64,000 nucleotides of DNA from Candidatus Thorarchaeota archaeon (lineage in GTDB: Archaea > Asgardarchaeota > Thorarchaeia > Thorarchaeales > Thorarchaeaceae). Positions 37,571 to 47,953 of this stretch are shown here, piece by piece; the first letter of the stretch is position 1, and each line of letters begins with the position of its first letter. The stretch covers positions 763 to 64,762 of the forward strand of contig JAOUFI010000007.1 of NCBI GenBank assembly GCA_029858305.1. Reading direction: 5' to 3'. The notes under the pieces were generated by a model, which saw only the letters and a program-made list of their open reading frames with translations, had not been told where the DNA came from and ran no database searches. Position numbers and translations under genes: made by a program.

Positions 37571-39592
37571 ATGACTATTGATGTGTCAAGGGCAATGACA
37601 ATCAAGCTATCTTCAGAGCTGCCTCCTAAACCCAACTTCGATCCTAAAATTCGACGTGCTCCAAATCGCGGATTTAATCTCACGCATCGTGAAACTGTAA
37701 TTGCTGTAAAGAATGCTGTTCGCTATGTTCCACAAAGCCTTCATGCAACTCTTGCTCCTGAATTCTTGGATGAACTGCTCACAAGAGGTCGTATCTATGC
37801 CTATCGCTATCGCCCACAAGGTTCTATCAGTGCAAAACCTGTATCTGAGTATAAAGGAATTTTAGAGGCTCGCGCTCTTCAATTGATGATTGACAATAAT
37901 CTTGACTATGATGTTGCCCTCTATCCATACGAGCTTGTGACGTATGGCGAATCGGGCCAGGTCTGCCAGAATTGGATGCAGTATCAGCTGATTAAGCAAT
38001 ATCTAGAAAACATGACTGAGGAACAGACACTAGTGGTGAGTTCGGGGCATCCAGTAGGCCTTTTCCCATCGAGGCGGGACGCACCTCGAGTGATCTCCAC
38101 AAATGGTCTCATGGTGGGAATGTTTGACAATCCAGAAGGTTTCCATCATGCAACACAGATGGGCGCGGCAAACTATGGACAGATGACAGCTGGAGGTTGG
38201 ATGTACATTGGACCACAAGGAATAGTCCATGGCACCTTCATTACACTGCTCAATGCTGGTAGACTCTATCTTGGATTGGCTGAAGACAAAGATCTGAGAG
38301 GAAAAGTATTCCTTACGTCAGGATTAGGAGGGATGAGTGGGGCTCAGGCAAAAGCCATTGAGATATCTGGCGGAATCGGAATAATCGCTGAAGTGGATAA
38401 AAGTAGGATTGACACGCGACATGAGCAAGGCTGGTTGAGTAAGTATTCCTCCGACCTAGATGAGATTTTTGAGTGGGTTGATGAATATCGCGAAAAGGAG
38501 GAGCCCGTGTCAATCGGCTATTATGGAAATGTTGTAGACCTCTGGGAGTTTGTTCTTGATAACAATATCACCATTGAACTTGCTTCCGACCAGACCTCAT
38601 GCCATGCAGTCTATGACGGCGGATACACTCCTCAAGGAGTGACATTTGAAGAGGGTAGAGAGCTACTCAAGAATGATCGAACTCAGTTCAATCAGCTCGT
38701 GGACAAGTCTCTACGCCGACAATTTGAACTCATTGAGGCAATGACGAAACGTGGCACGTTCTTCTGGGACTATGGGAACTCTTTCATGAAAGCAGTCTTT
38801 GATGCAGGAGCAACCCGTATCGCAAAGAATGGAAAAGACACCTCTGAAGGATTCGTTTTTCCATCATATGTTGAGGATATTATGGGTCCCATCTGTTTTG
38901 ATTACGGTTATGGTCCTTTCCGATGGGTATGCCTGAGTGGAAAACACGAAGACCTCATCGAGACCGATAGGGTAGCTATGTCGAAGATTGATCCTACTCG
39001 CAGAGGTCAAGATCGCGACAATTATCACTGGATAAGAGACGCAGAGAAAAACGCCCTTGTGGTTGGTTCACAGGCAAGAATTCTTTATGCTGATGCACAA
39101 GGTCGTGTTAAGATTGCGTTGGCATTCAATAAACTAGTGAGGGATGGGAAGGTCGGACCAATTATGCTAGGTCGAGATCATCATGATACTGGAGGAACAG
39201 ATTCTCCCTTCCGAGAGACCGCGAATATCTATGATGGTAGTAATGTGATGAGCGACATGGCTCATCAATGTTGGTCTGGGAATGCAGCGCGAGGTATGAC
39301 GATGTGTGTCTTGTCCAACGGTGGTGGCGTGGGAACAGGTAAGGCTATCAATGGCGGCTTCGGACTAGTGCTCGATGGGTCTAAGCGAGTTGATGCAATT
39401 ATCCAGTCTGCCTTGGACTGGGATGTCATGGGTGGGGTAGCACGACGTGCATGGGCAAGAAACGAACATGCTATTGAAACAGTAGTAGAATGGAATGAGA
39501 GACTTGGAGATAAAGGTCACATCTCGCTTCCATTTGTTCCTGAAGAAGGGCTTGTAGAGCGTGTGGTGAAGAAAAGATTTGAAGAAGATTAA
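37571..39592 (+). CDS. hutU: Urocanate hydratase, long (about 670 aa) form
   Basis: YGQMTAGGWMYIGPQGIVHGT, GLGGMSGAQ, SDQTSCH, LGRDHHD. Confidence 0.95.
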   Translation: MTIDVSRAMTIKLSSELPPKPNFDPKIRRAPNRGFNLTHRETVIAVKNAVRYVPQSLHATLAPEFLDELLTRGRIYAYRYRPQGSISAKPVSEYKGILEARALQLMIDNNLDYDVALYPYELVTYGESGQVCQNWMQYQLIKQYLENMTEEQTLVVSSGHPVGLFPSRRDAPRVISTNGLMVGMFDNPEGFHHATQMGAANYGQMTAGGWMYIGPQGIVHGTFITLLNAGRLYLGLAEDKDLRGKVFLTSGLGGMSGAQAKAIEISGGIGIIAEVDKSRIDTRHEQGWLSKYSSDLDEIFEWVDEYREKEEPVSIGYYGNVVDLWEFVLDNNITIELASDQTSCHAVYDGGYTPQGVTFEEGRELLKNDRTQFNQLVDKSLRRQFELIEAMTKRGTFFWDYGNSFMKAVFDAGATRIAKNGKDTSEGFVFPSYVEDIMGPICFDYGYGPFRWVCLSGKHEDLIETDRVAMSKIDPTRRGQDRDNYHWIRDAEKNALVVGSQARILYADAQGRVKIALAFNKLVRDGKVGPIMLGRDHHDTGGTDSPFRETANIYDGSNVMSDMAHQCWSGNAARGMTMCVLSNGGGVGTGKAINGGFGLVLDGSKRVDAIIQSALDWDVMGGVARRAWARNEHAIETVVEWNERLGDKGHISLPFVPEEGLVERVVKKRFEED

Positions 39593-40218
39593 TCCTTATA
39601 CCTATTGAGCGCTTCTTTGGACATTTTATGTGCTCGTCTTAGGACTTCTGGATATCCATCCACACTGGACTCTGAAACAATCTTTACAGCAGTATCCAAT
39701 GTGATTCTGTGCCCGATTGAAACGTAGATGGGTTTTCTCTCATTCAACCACAATACCTTTCCAAGAACCTCACGATCCTGTATAATCTCTGCAGAGTCAC
39801 CGGTACCTGGTCCCATTTCTCCAAGCATTAACTTCTTGGCGACACCAATAGTCTGAACATCCATCTTGATACCAAGATAGGATGCCAGACCAAATCGCCT
39901 TGGATGAAGTATCCCATTTCCATCCACTAGAATGATTCCCTGCATTTCAAGACTCCGAATTAGCTCAATGATTATGGGACCTTCTCGGAGTTGAAAAAAA
40001 CCATGAATGTAATCCGACTCTATTTCCTTAATAATAACCGAAGAGTCAATGATTTCATTTGTATAATTATTGCTCACTACTGCGCACCCAGCGGCAATGT
40101 CTTTAGCATAGGCAACATCTACCCCAGTAACAATAGGACTAGTATAAGACGGGTCATCATACTTTCTGACAAGCTTTGCAAGGTCTTTCTGCTCATTTGC
40201 AAGCGCAGTCAAATCCAA
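39589..40218 (-). CDS. nfi: Endonuclease V
   Basis: GVDVAY, FFQLRE, LVDGNGILHPRRFGLAS, GVAKK, PIYVSIGH. Confidence 0.92.
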   Translation of the reverse strand: MDLTALANEQKDLAKLVRKYDDPSYTSPIVTGVDVAYAKDIAAGCAVVSNNYTNEIIDSSVIIKEIESDYIHGFFQLREGPIIIELIRSLEMQGIILVDGNGILHPRRFGLASYLGIKMDVQTIGVAKKLMLGEMGPGTGDSAEIIQDREVLGKVLWLNERKPIYVSIGHRITLDTAVKIVSESSVDGYPEVLRRAHKMSKEALNRYKD

Positions 40219-40366
40219 TTTTCATTCACACTCTATTTAGTAATCATGGTAGTGAAATACACTTATTGACACTTGGGTATCTGTTCGATAACTACTAAAG
40301 AGAGCATCTGTGACCCTCTTCTGTCAGTAAGTAATCCATATTGTTTATTGGTAGCACTACTTCAGG

Positions 40367-41908
40367 GTGGATATGATGACCGTTTCGATTGATGGTGAAA
40401 GCCTAACGATTGATGAATTTGTGCAAGTAGCCCGTTATAACAAGAAAGTCGAACTTGCCGCATCCGCTAAAGCACAAATCAAGAAGAGTCGTGATGTCAT
40501 TGAATCTGCAATCAAAGAAGGTCGTACAGTTTATGGCGTGAACACTGGGTTTGGAGAATTAGCAAACGTATCGATTAGCCGCGCGGATTTGGCAAAGCTT
40601 CAAGTGAACCTAATTCGGAGTCATAGCGTTGGAGTTGGAGAGCCCTTTCCGATAGAGGCTGTGCGAGGAATGATGCTTCTTCGAGCGAATGCTCTTGCTA
40701 AAGGGTACTCTGGTGTCCGAACTGATGTTATTCTCACACTTATCGAGATGCTCAACGCTGGTGTCACTCCTATCGTTCCTCAGCAGGGATCTGTTGGTTC
40801 AAGCGGGGATCTTGCGCCACTGGCACACATGGCTCTGGTCTTGATAGGCGAGGGTGAAGCACTCTACAAAGGTAAGAGAATGGATGGATTGCTGGCTCTC
40901 AAAAAGGCTGGAATTATGCCAATTGCCCTTCAGGCAAAGGAAGGTGTCGCACTCATCAATGGGACTCAACCCATGACTTCATTGGGTGCGTTAGTAGTGA
41001 ACGATGCGTTAGCTTTGATCAAAGATGCTATCGTTGCAGCCGCTATGAGCCTAGAAGCACTGAGAGGGACACGCGCTGCACTGAATGAAAAAATTCATGC
41101 TATACGAGCCCATGAAGGACAAATTGATGTTGCATCCTCGATGAGATTAATCTTGGTCGACAGTGAGATTAATCAATCCCATGCAAATTGTGGGAAGGTT
41201 CAAGATGCATATTCTCTCAGATGTATCCCTCAGGTCATTGGTGCTTCCTTGGATGCTATCCGATATGTCCAGAGTGTTGTGGAAATTGAAATTAACTCGG
41301 CAACAGACAACCCTCTAGTCTTTACAGATGACCGCACTGTGATTTCAGGTGGTAATTTTCATGGTCAGCCCATAGCTCTTGCAATGGACTTCTTAGCTAT
41401 CGCACTATCAGAGATTGCGAATATCTCTGAGCGGCGGGTTAATCGCCTTGTAAATCCACATCTAAGTGGTCTTCCTGCATTTCTTACAACAGAGGGAGGT
41501 CTCGAATCAGGCATGATGATAGCCCAATACACATCTGCAGCTCTCGTGTCGGAGAACAAAGTCCTCTCACATCCTGCAAGTGTGGACTCAATTCCAACAA
41601 GTGCAGACCAAGAAGATCATGTCAGTATGGGCACAATAGCCGCTCGAAAAGCTTGCAGCATACTTGAGAATGTCAGGAATGTCATAGCTATCGAGTACAT
41701 GTGTGCAGCTCAGGGAATCGATCTATTGTTACCATTAAAACCATCAACACCTCTTGCCAAAGCCTATGCAAAGATACGAGAAGTAGTACCAAAACTAGAG
41801 GATGATAGGTCTCTGAGCCCTGATATTGCTCAAATTTGTAAACTAATACAGTCTGGGGCGATCGTGTCTTCGATAGAGAGTATCACAGGTCCTCTTTTGG
41901 ACGTTTGA
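40367..41908 (+). CDS. hutH: Histidine ammonia-lyase
   Basis: VYGVNTGFG, GSVGSSGDLAPLAH (MIO loop), QDAYSLRC, GGNFHG; hut context. Confidence 0.93.
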   Translation: MDMMTVSIDGESLTIDEFVQVARYNKKVELAASAKAQIKKSRDVIESAIKEGRTVYGVNTGFGELANVSISRADLAKLQVNLIRSHSVGVGEPFPIEAVRGMMLLRANALAKGYSGVRTDVILTLIEMLNAGVTPIVPQQGSVGSSGDLAPLAHMALVLIGEGEALYKGKRMDGLLALKKAGIMPIALQAKEGVALINGTQPMTSLGALVVNDALALIKDAIVAAAMSLEALRGTRAALNEKIHAIRAHEGQIDVASSMRLILVDSEINQSHANCGKVQDAYSLRCIPQVIGASLDAIRYVQSVVEIEINSATDNPLVFTDDRTVISGGNFHGQPIALAMDFLAIALSEIANISERRVNRLVNPHLSGLPAFLTTEGGLESGMMIAQYTSAALVSENKVLSHPASVDSIPTSADQEDHVSMGTIAARKACSILENVRNVIAIEYMCAAQGIDLLLPLKPSTPLAKAYAKIREVVPKLEDDRSLSPDIAQICKLIQSGAIVSSIESITGPLLDV

Positions 41909-43174
41909 TTAAGGTCCTAACTTTGTGTGAATGACCTTCCCATTTGAGATGACGGTATGGACAAGATTAACTCCGAAACGCCACGTCAAGTATTCGGGAT
42001 TTGGGCAGTCTAGAATGAGGATGTCTGCACGTTTTCCGACTTCCAGACTTCCAAGCATCGCTCCCCTATCGAGTGCATGCGCTGCGTTGATTGTGGCTGC
42101 TGATAGTGCCTCACGGGGTAGCATCTTCATCTTGTAACAAGCTAGTGCGATAGTGAAAAACATTGAATCATTGGCACAGTTGGGATTGAAATCTGTAGCA
42201 AGCGCTACTGGCAGTCCCATGTCAATCATCTTTCGAGCATCTGCATAGGTTGTATTTAGACTGAAAGCTGTTGCTGGAAGAAGTGTTGCAATAGTCCCTG
42301 CTTTTTGCATTGCTTCCAGACCATCATCAGATGCCATGAGAAGGTGATCCGCTGAGATTGCTCCCAATTCCGCGGCTAATTCTGCTCCTCCCAATTGAAC
42401 GATCTCATCCGCATGAATCTTTAATTTCATCCCAGCACATTTTGCTGCAAGTAAGATATTTCTAGTTTGATCTAAACCAAACACGCCTCTCTCACAAAAG
42501 ACATCACAGAACTCAGCTAGACCTGTTTCAGACACCGCTGGTATCATTTCATTGATGACCAGGTCTACATAATCATCTGGTCTACCCTCAAACTCAGGCG
42601 GTACTGCATGAGCGCCCAAGAATGTTGATACAAGCCCTGCTGGTATCTTCCGGCGTAGGTCCTCAATCGATCTTAGCATTTTAAGCTCACTTGCAGTGTT
42701 TAGACCATACCCGCTCTTTGCTTCAATAGTCGTAGTTCCCATACTCAACATAGATTCTGCGAAGGAGAATGCATTGCGTGTCAATTGTTCCTCTGAAGCA
42801 GCTCTTGTAGATCGAAGCGTGTTGAGAATCCCACCGCCCTCTGCAAGAATCTCCAAGTATGTTTTTCCAGCTAGTTTCATTTCAAAGTCGTGTTCTCGTG
42901 AGCCTCCAAAAGCAAGATGCGTGTGACAGTCAATGAAGCCGGGAGTTGCAAGCATGTTTGGGAATTCAAGTGGTGGCAAATCTGGCATTTCCGTGATGTG
43001 TGCTAATACCTCTGCAGTTGGTCCTACCGCAGTGATGATACCACCTTCGATGGCAATTGCTCCACCCTCAATAATAGAGAGTTCCTTCATGTCCGCACCG
43101 ATTTTTGGACTTTCGCTGTGTCCCTGAAGTGTTGCTAATTGTCCAATGTTTGTCAGAAGTAGATCCGGCTTCAT
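41909..43174 (-). CDS. hutI: Imidazolonepropionase
   Basis: PGFIDCHTH, EAKSGYG, LGAHA, KIHADE, SADHL, ATDFNP. Confidence 0.95.
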   Translation of the reverse strand: MKPDLLLTNIGQLATLQGHSESPKIGADMKELSIIEGGAIAIEGGIITAVGPTAEVLAHITEMPDLPPLEFPNMLATPGFIDCHTHLAFGGSREHDFEMKLAGKTYLEILAEGGGILNTLRSTRAASEEQLTRNAFSFAESMLSMGTTTIEAKSGYGLNTASELKMLRSIEDLRRKIPAGLVSTFLGAHAVPPEFEGRPDDYVDLVINEMIPAVSETGLAEFCDVFCERGVFGLDQTRNILLAAKCAGMKLKIHADEIVQLGGAELAAELGAISADHLLMASDDGLEAMQKAGTIATLLPATAFSLNTTYADARKMIDMGLPVALATDFNPNCANDSMFFTIALACYKMKMLPREALSAATINAAHALDRGAMLGSLEVGKRADILILDCPNPEYLTWRFGVNLVHTVISNGKVIHTKLGP

Positions 43175-43289
43175 AGATTTCCCTTTGATTTGTCTATCAT
43201 AGATACTGATTTACGTTGTGTTACTTGTAGCGGCATTAATTAGGCAGTGAATAACGAGTTGTTCAAGCCATTTCAAGAGGCAATAACGA

Positions 43290-43871
43290 ATGGACTATCT
43301 CATATTAAGCTGGCAGGATGTTTACAATCTCACTCTTCAGTTATCTGAACGGATTGTGACGAGTGGTTATAGACCTGATATCATCGTGGGAATCGCCCGT
43401 GGTGGTTGGATCCCTGCAAGAATTCTATCTGACGTTCTCTATATGGAATCTCTACAAAACATACGAATAGAGTATTACACGGATGTTGGGGTGAAGGGCA
43501 AAGAGCCAAAAATCACACAACCACTTACAGGTTCGTTAGAAGGGCAGAGCGTTCTTATTGTTGATGAAATTGCTGACACTGGTGACAGTCTCCACCATGC
43601 CATCAATCATGTGAGATCTCTTGGTGTTGAAGAACAACGTTCAGCAGTAATCCATCTAAAACCAACATCGCATGTAACCCCTGACTATTTCATGGTGCAG
43701 ACTAGCAGCTGGGTTGTGTACCCGTGGGAGAATCGTGAGTCAATTATAGCTCTTGTGAAGATATTCAAGAGAGAGAATCCAGCTCTTGAAATGAAAGATA
43801 TACGTGATCGTCTCGTATTCGAAGTTGGTTTTGAACCAACTGTTGCAGACTACTTCATCAAACGCTTGTAA
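43290..43871 (+). CDS. Type I (purine) phosphoribosyltransferase
   Basis: GIARGGWIP, LIVDEIADTGDS PRPP loop, WVVYPWE. Confidence 0.9.
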   Translation: MDYLILSWQDVYNLTLQLSERIVTSGYRPDIIVGIARGGWIPARILSDVLYMESLQNIRIEYYTDVGVKGKEPKITQPLTGSLEGQSVLIVDEIADTGDSLHHAINHVRSLGVEEQRSAVIHLKPTSHVTPDYFMVQTSSWVVYPWENRESIIALVKIFKRENPALEMKDIRDRLVFEVGFEPTVADYFIKRL

Positions 43872-43894
43872 GACACAACAATGAGGTTTGTCTA

Positions 43895-44476
43895 ATGTTA
43901 TTTGAAACAATCACATGGAAGGATGAAGTTATTCACATCTGCATCTCCGAGTTCAGGAACTCTACACATCTCGATAGAGATAAACTGCTCAATTTAGCAA
44001 GTTCCATGTCTGAATTAGTATTAGCGGTTCAATTCTTCAATGGTGCGATGATAGTAGATGAGCTACATCTACTCTCAGCTGCTCAAAATGCGCTTAATGC
44101 TTGGAGGGGTGACTACATGAGATCCCGGAGTCTAGATGTAGAGATAGTCATCTATGCCAGTGCTCAACATCAGATTGGCAGAGCTTTAGAGCTCATGGGT
44201 GTCAGTGATAAAACTGTGACAGTCGCTGTAGTTGCACTTGGAGATGATGAACAGAAGGTCCAAACCAGTGTTTTAGACCTTGAGCAAGCCATAGGGAATG
44301 AGATCTCACCAGCTTTTGAAATGACAGTTGAGAAATTGAAAACGCTGATGGCTGCTTTTCATATTAGTGAATCAGAAATCCTCCTTTTTCTTGACAAAGA
44401 TGATATACCGTCACGGCAGCTTGCCCTGTCAAAATGCCTCGTAAGTAGAATCTCACAGGTCGCAACTATCAGTTGA
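43895..44476 (+). CDS. cgi121: KEOPS subunit Cgi121
   Basis: AAQNALNA...RSRSLDVEIVIYASAQHQIGRAL...G motif. Confidence 0.85.
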   Translation: MLFETITWKDEVIHICISEFRNSTHLDRDKLLNLASSMSELVLAVQFFNGAMIVDELHLLSAAQNALNAWRGDYMRSRSLDVEIVIYASAQHQIGRALELMGVSDKTVTVAVVALGDDEQKVQTSVLDLEQAIGNEISPAFEMTVEKLKTLMAAFHISESEILLFLDKDDIPSRQLALSKCLVSRISQVATIS

Positions 44477-44483
44477 AAATAAT

Positions 44484-45032
44484 CTAAGACACCTCGTTCC
44501 TCAGTGATGCTATTGAGAGAATATCTGTTCTCTCGTCTAGCACAGACATACCTGTCATTTTTCCGACAATCTCAATCCAAATTGTCTTGTCAGGCATTTC
44601 CAAGTTGACAGTCCTAGGTATCTCCTCTGCAACTGCTTTGACCACTTCCATGTTTTCAAGTTCGGTCTGTCTTCTTCTAACCGTTACTCTGAACGTTTCG
44701 TTCTCACTTATCTTGTCTAGCAGTCCACGGGCAGTCTTTGATATAACATCCAGATTTGACTCCACACAGAATTCTAAAGGTGTGAATCGAGTACTAAATC
44801 TGAACTGATATGGATTCTCGAGAGCAAACTCTCGTAGCTTGTGAACAACATAAAATGGATCGAGTGATGTCCAGCAAGTGATAAGCCCTGAGATATCAAT
44901 AAATGAAATCACAAGATCCGTATCCGCTAAGAGGTCTCCAACAAAATATCGAACTTCTGACCTTGCTGCTTTCTCTCGTTCCCTGGGACAACCAACCAAG
45001 AGATTAAAGGCTCTCAGCGAAATTTCCCTCAC
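44484..45032 (-). CDS. THUMP-domain RNA-binding protein
   Basis: TFRVTVRRR...VNLEMPDKTIWIEIVG. Confidence 0.88.
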   Translation of the reverse strand: MREISLRAFNLLVGCPREREKAARSEVRYFVGDLLADTDLVISFIDISGLITCWTSLDPFYVVHKLREFALENPYQFRFSTRFTPLEFCVESNLDVISKTARGLLDKISENETFRVTVRRRQTELENMEVVKAVAEEIPRTVNLEMPDKTIWIEIVGKMTGMSVLDERTDILSIASLRNEVS

Positions 45033-45763
45033 ATGTCTGTAAAAACAAATCTAGTTGTCCACATCCTAAGGGCATCGGAGTCCACCTTGAGACTTTCAGA
45101 TATCATATCTGTCGAGAGTGCGCCTTCTCTGTAGATTTTGATGTTCAATGTTTCTCCTTCACCACTGTCCTCGACTCCAATTATGGTTGAGTTATCCGAA
45201 GCTGAAGATGGCCCACCATCTATGTATAGATCTACTTCATTTCCTAATTGATCTAAAGCCTCAGATACATCAAACGGCGTAGGCCGATGACTCCTGTTTG
45301 CGCTTGTTCCTACAATCGGTCCTCCAACCCTCTGGGCTATTCCTCTTGGGATGATATGATTTGGCACTCGAATGGCAATGGAATTTCGATCCGCAGTAAT
45401 ATGTTCTGGAACATTCGGGGTCGGTGTAACGATGAGAGTGAGCTGCCCTGGCCAGAATATCTTGGCTATGATTTTTTCCAAGCTGCCAAAATCATGATAG
45501 ATTTCACATTGTGCTATGTCTGCAAAGAGGAGTGGCACTCCCAATCTCCGGTCTCGTCTTTTAACAGCTATGAGCCGATTCAAGGCTTCGGGAATTCTCG
45601 GATCGCAACCAAGACCATAGCTAGTATCAGTCGGGTAGACGACGAGACCTCCCGATCTAATTATCTCTGCAGCTCTATCAACGATTGCATCGCAGTTACC
45701 TAAATCTTCGACGCTCATAATTTCAGCTGTCAATAGTCTTCCCATGTGCAACCCTACAAACAT
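45029..45763 (-). CDS. tsaC: Threonylcarbamoyl-AMP synthase (short TsaC/YrdC form)
   Basis: VYPTDTSYGL, K.R, FWPGQLT, AIRVP, GTSANRS; no C-terminal SUA5 domain. Confidence 0.9.
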   Translation of the reverse strand: MFVGLHMGRLLTAEIMSVEDLGNCDAIVDRAAEIIRSGGLVVYPTDTSYGLGCDPRIPEALNRLIAVKRRDRRLGVPLLFADIAQCEIYHDFGSLEKIIAKIFWPGQLTLIVTPTPNVPEHITADRNSIAIRVPNHIIPRGIAQRVGGPIVGTSANRSHRPTPFDVSEALDQLGNEVDLYIDGGPSSASDNSTIIGVEDSGEGETLNIKIYREGALSTDMISESLKVDSDALRMWTTRFVFTDM

Positions 45764-45817
45764 ACATATGGCCCTTACGCTTCATGTTGAGGGACAGGAG
45801 GAATTCATATTCGCGGA

Positions 45818-46846
45818 GTGATTCTTGCAGCTGGAGTCGGGGAACGTGCTCGTCCACTTACTGATCAGATCCCCAAAGCTTTAGTGAGTGTTGCAGGACG
45901 AACACTCCTAGACTGGAGCTTGCACGATTTCTCTCTTGCAGGAATTCAGAACATAACCCTTGCCATTGGCTACAAGGCATCATTGATAGAGAAACATCTC
46001 CAATCAGACGAGCAGCAAAAAGATTGTGAGTCAAGTATCACTATTGTTCCTGTTCAGGATTATGAGATTGGACCACTTAGAACCGCTTTATCTGCCATTG
46101 AAACTTTTTCTGATGAGGAATTCTTCATTTGCCCTGTAGATGCAGTTGTGGGAGCTGATAATATCAAAGATTTGCTAAACAAGTATGAGTATTCAAGGGG
46201 GATGGTTCTGGCTGTCGATTATACAGCAACTTCAGGAACTCCTGTCTACATAGACAAAGATGGGTTTGTTGTAGGATTAGGAAACTCAGTGCCAGAGGGT
46301 GTGTTTTCAACTGGACGAAGTGCGATGATGCTGATTGCTAATAGAACAATAGTTGATTACTGCAGGTCTGCATTATTACAAAATGAGAATCGTCTAGTAT
46401 TTGCTCTTAATCGGATGATAAATGATGGAATCCCATTATACTGTCATGAAGTACACTCAAAATGGTTCGATATCGATACGCTCTCGGATATTATTTTACT
46501 CAATCGTCACCTACTTGAGAGCAGAGTTGCACAAGATGTTAGAAGAGGTCTCTTTGTTCCTAACGGTGATTCGATACAGATAGGTGATAGCCTTGTACTG
46601 AAGGACTCAGATGTTGTTGTGAATGCGAATGTCCATCTTCAAGGTCCTGTTTTATTATTACCTGGTTGTAGAATTGACCAGGACAGCAGAATTGGTCCAA
46701 ATGTCACTATCGGGTTGGCTGCAAGAATTTCAGAGAATTGTGAACTTATCAACACAATTGTATATGGTAAATCTGCTGTACATGCCAATAGCCATATTGA
46801 AAATGCGATAGTCTATGGCTCAAAGATATATCATGCGGAGTTGTAA
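45818..46846 (+). CDS. Sugar-phosphate nucleotidyltransferase with C-terminal LbH domain
   Basis: ILAAGVGERARPLT...PKAL, WFDIDT, hexapeptide repeats. Confidence 0.88.
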   Translation: MILAAGVGERARPLTDQIPKALVSVAGRTLLDWSLHDFSLAGIQNITLAIGYKASLIEKHLQSDEQQKDCESSITIVPVQDYEIGPLRTALSAIETFSDEEFFICPVDAVVGADNIKDLLNKYEYSRGMVLAVDYTATSGTPVYIDKDGFVVGLGNSVPEGVFSTGRSAMMLIANRTIVDYCRSALLQNENRLVFALNRMINDGIPLYCHEVHSKWFDIDTLSDIILLNRHLLESRVAQDVRRGLFVPNGDSIQIGDSLVLKDSDVVVNANVHLQGPVLLLPGCRIDQDSRIGPNVTIGLAARISENCELINTIVYGKSAVHANSHIENAIVYGSKIYHAEL

Positions 46847-46849
46847 TCA

Positions 46850-47440
46850 ATGCCTAGTCGGTTTAGAGTCAGAGGCCCCTTCAAGCGAATTGTGCAAATC
46901 ATAGCACGACCCCTTGCACGTCATGGAGTACGTCCTGACACGATAACCTACTTCAGTCTATTTCTTGCAATGATAGCAGCTCTCTCTCTGATTTTATTGA
47001 GTTCTCAGGCACTGTTCGCAATCCTAGTCTTCCTTGCTGGGCTTTTTGATGGTGTTGATGGTGCCATCGCCCGACTTAATGACAGCTCTTCAAAACAGGG
47101 GGCCTTCTCTGACTCCGTTGTAGATAAGGCGGCTGAGTTGCTGATTCTAGGCTCCATAGGAGTTGCTTATCCTTCCACGGATTTACTGGGACTGCCCGTA
47201 TCATTATGGATCGTTCTCTGTATCTTTGGATGGCTAATGACAAGTTACACACGAGCTCGAGCTGAAGGTTTGGGCATAACGGATCTTGATGTCGGACTTG
47301 GAGGAAGATCTGAAAGACTACTCACTCTCGTTATCTTCTCATTATTTGGTCTTCTTCTCTTAGGATTAATAATAGTGACAGCCTTGGGCCTTGGCACTGC
47401 TGCATATCGGGTGTACCACTATGAGCGGCAGCTCAAATAG
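46850..47440 (+). CDS. CDP-alcohol phosphatidyltransferase (archaetidylinositol-P synthase/PgsA-like)
   Basis: DGVDGAIAR...GAFSDSVVD signature, SYTRARAE. Confidence 0.9.
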   Translation: MPSRFRVRGPFKRIVQIIARPLARHGVRPDTITYFSLFLAMIAALSLILLSSQALFAILVFLAGLFDGVDGAIARLNDSSSKQGAFSDSVVDKAAELLILGSIGVAYPSTDLLGLPVSLWIVLCIFGWLMTSYTRARAEGLGITDLDVGLGGRSERLLTLVIFSLFGLLLLGLIIVTALGLGTAAYRVYHYERQLK

Positions 47441-47530
47441 TAATTTGTAGTCCACCAAATGTTGAACCATTATACTTAAGAGTCGAATTCAAAACGCCGC
47501 TACAAAGACAGCAATCGGAGCGATAAAATA

Positions 47531-47950
47531 ATGCCCAATTTTAGAGCTGATCATTATCTTCTCGCAGAATTCGAGGGGACTCCAGATACTAAGAAGGTTG
47601 GAGAAAAAGTTCTCCAAGCCTTGAAGGAACTACCGGAACTCAAAGATCTTGCCATTGTATCAAAGAGATTAGAGGGGAAGTCATGGTCTGAGATTCTTGG
47701 TCGAATCGACATTCCTGCCGGATCAAGGGCTTTCTGGGCCATGATTAAGAAAGAGTTCTCAGAACGGGAACCCTACCATCTATTCATCCGTTTCGATATG
47801 AATGCAGAGGGTGAGAATATCGACGCAGCTCGTGCAAATGTGAAATTTTGGATTGAAGAGAACGTTGCACCTAAAATTCAAGCCAAGACCTCTGTCAAAA
47901 CATTGAAAGTTCTTCAAGCTAATGAAATCTATATGCCAAAGCTCGAATAG
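47531..47950 (+). CDS. Soluble hypothetical protein
   Basis: 139-aa ORF fills the gap; no recognised motif. Confidence 0.65.
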   Translation: MPNFRADHYLLAEFEGTPDTKKVGEKVLQALKELPELKDLAIVSKRLEGKSWSEILGRIDIPAGSRAFWAMIKKEFSEREPYHLFIRFDMNAEGENIDAARANVKFWIEENVAPKIQAKTSVKTLKVLQANEIYMPKLE

Positions 47951-47953
47951 GTT

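Noticed and set aside
45818-47440. IPCT/DIPPS di-myo-inositol-phosphate pathway
   Set aside because: The nucleotidyltransferase has a C-terminal LbH domain typical of NDP-sugar synthases, and the transferase resembles lipid head-group synthases.
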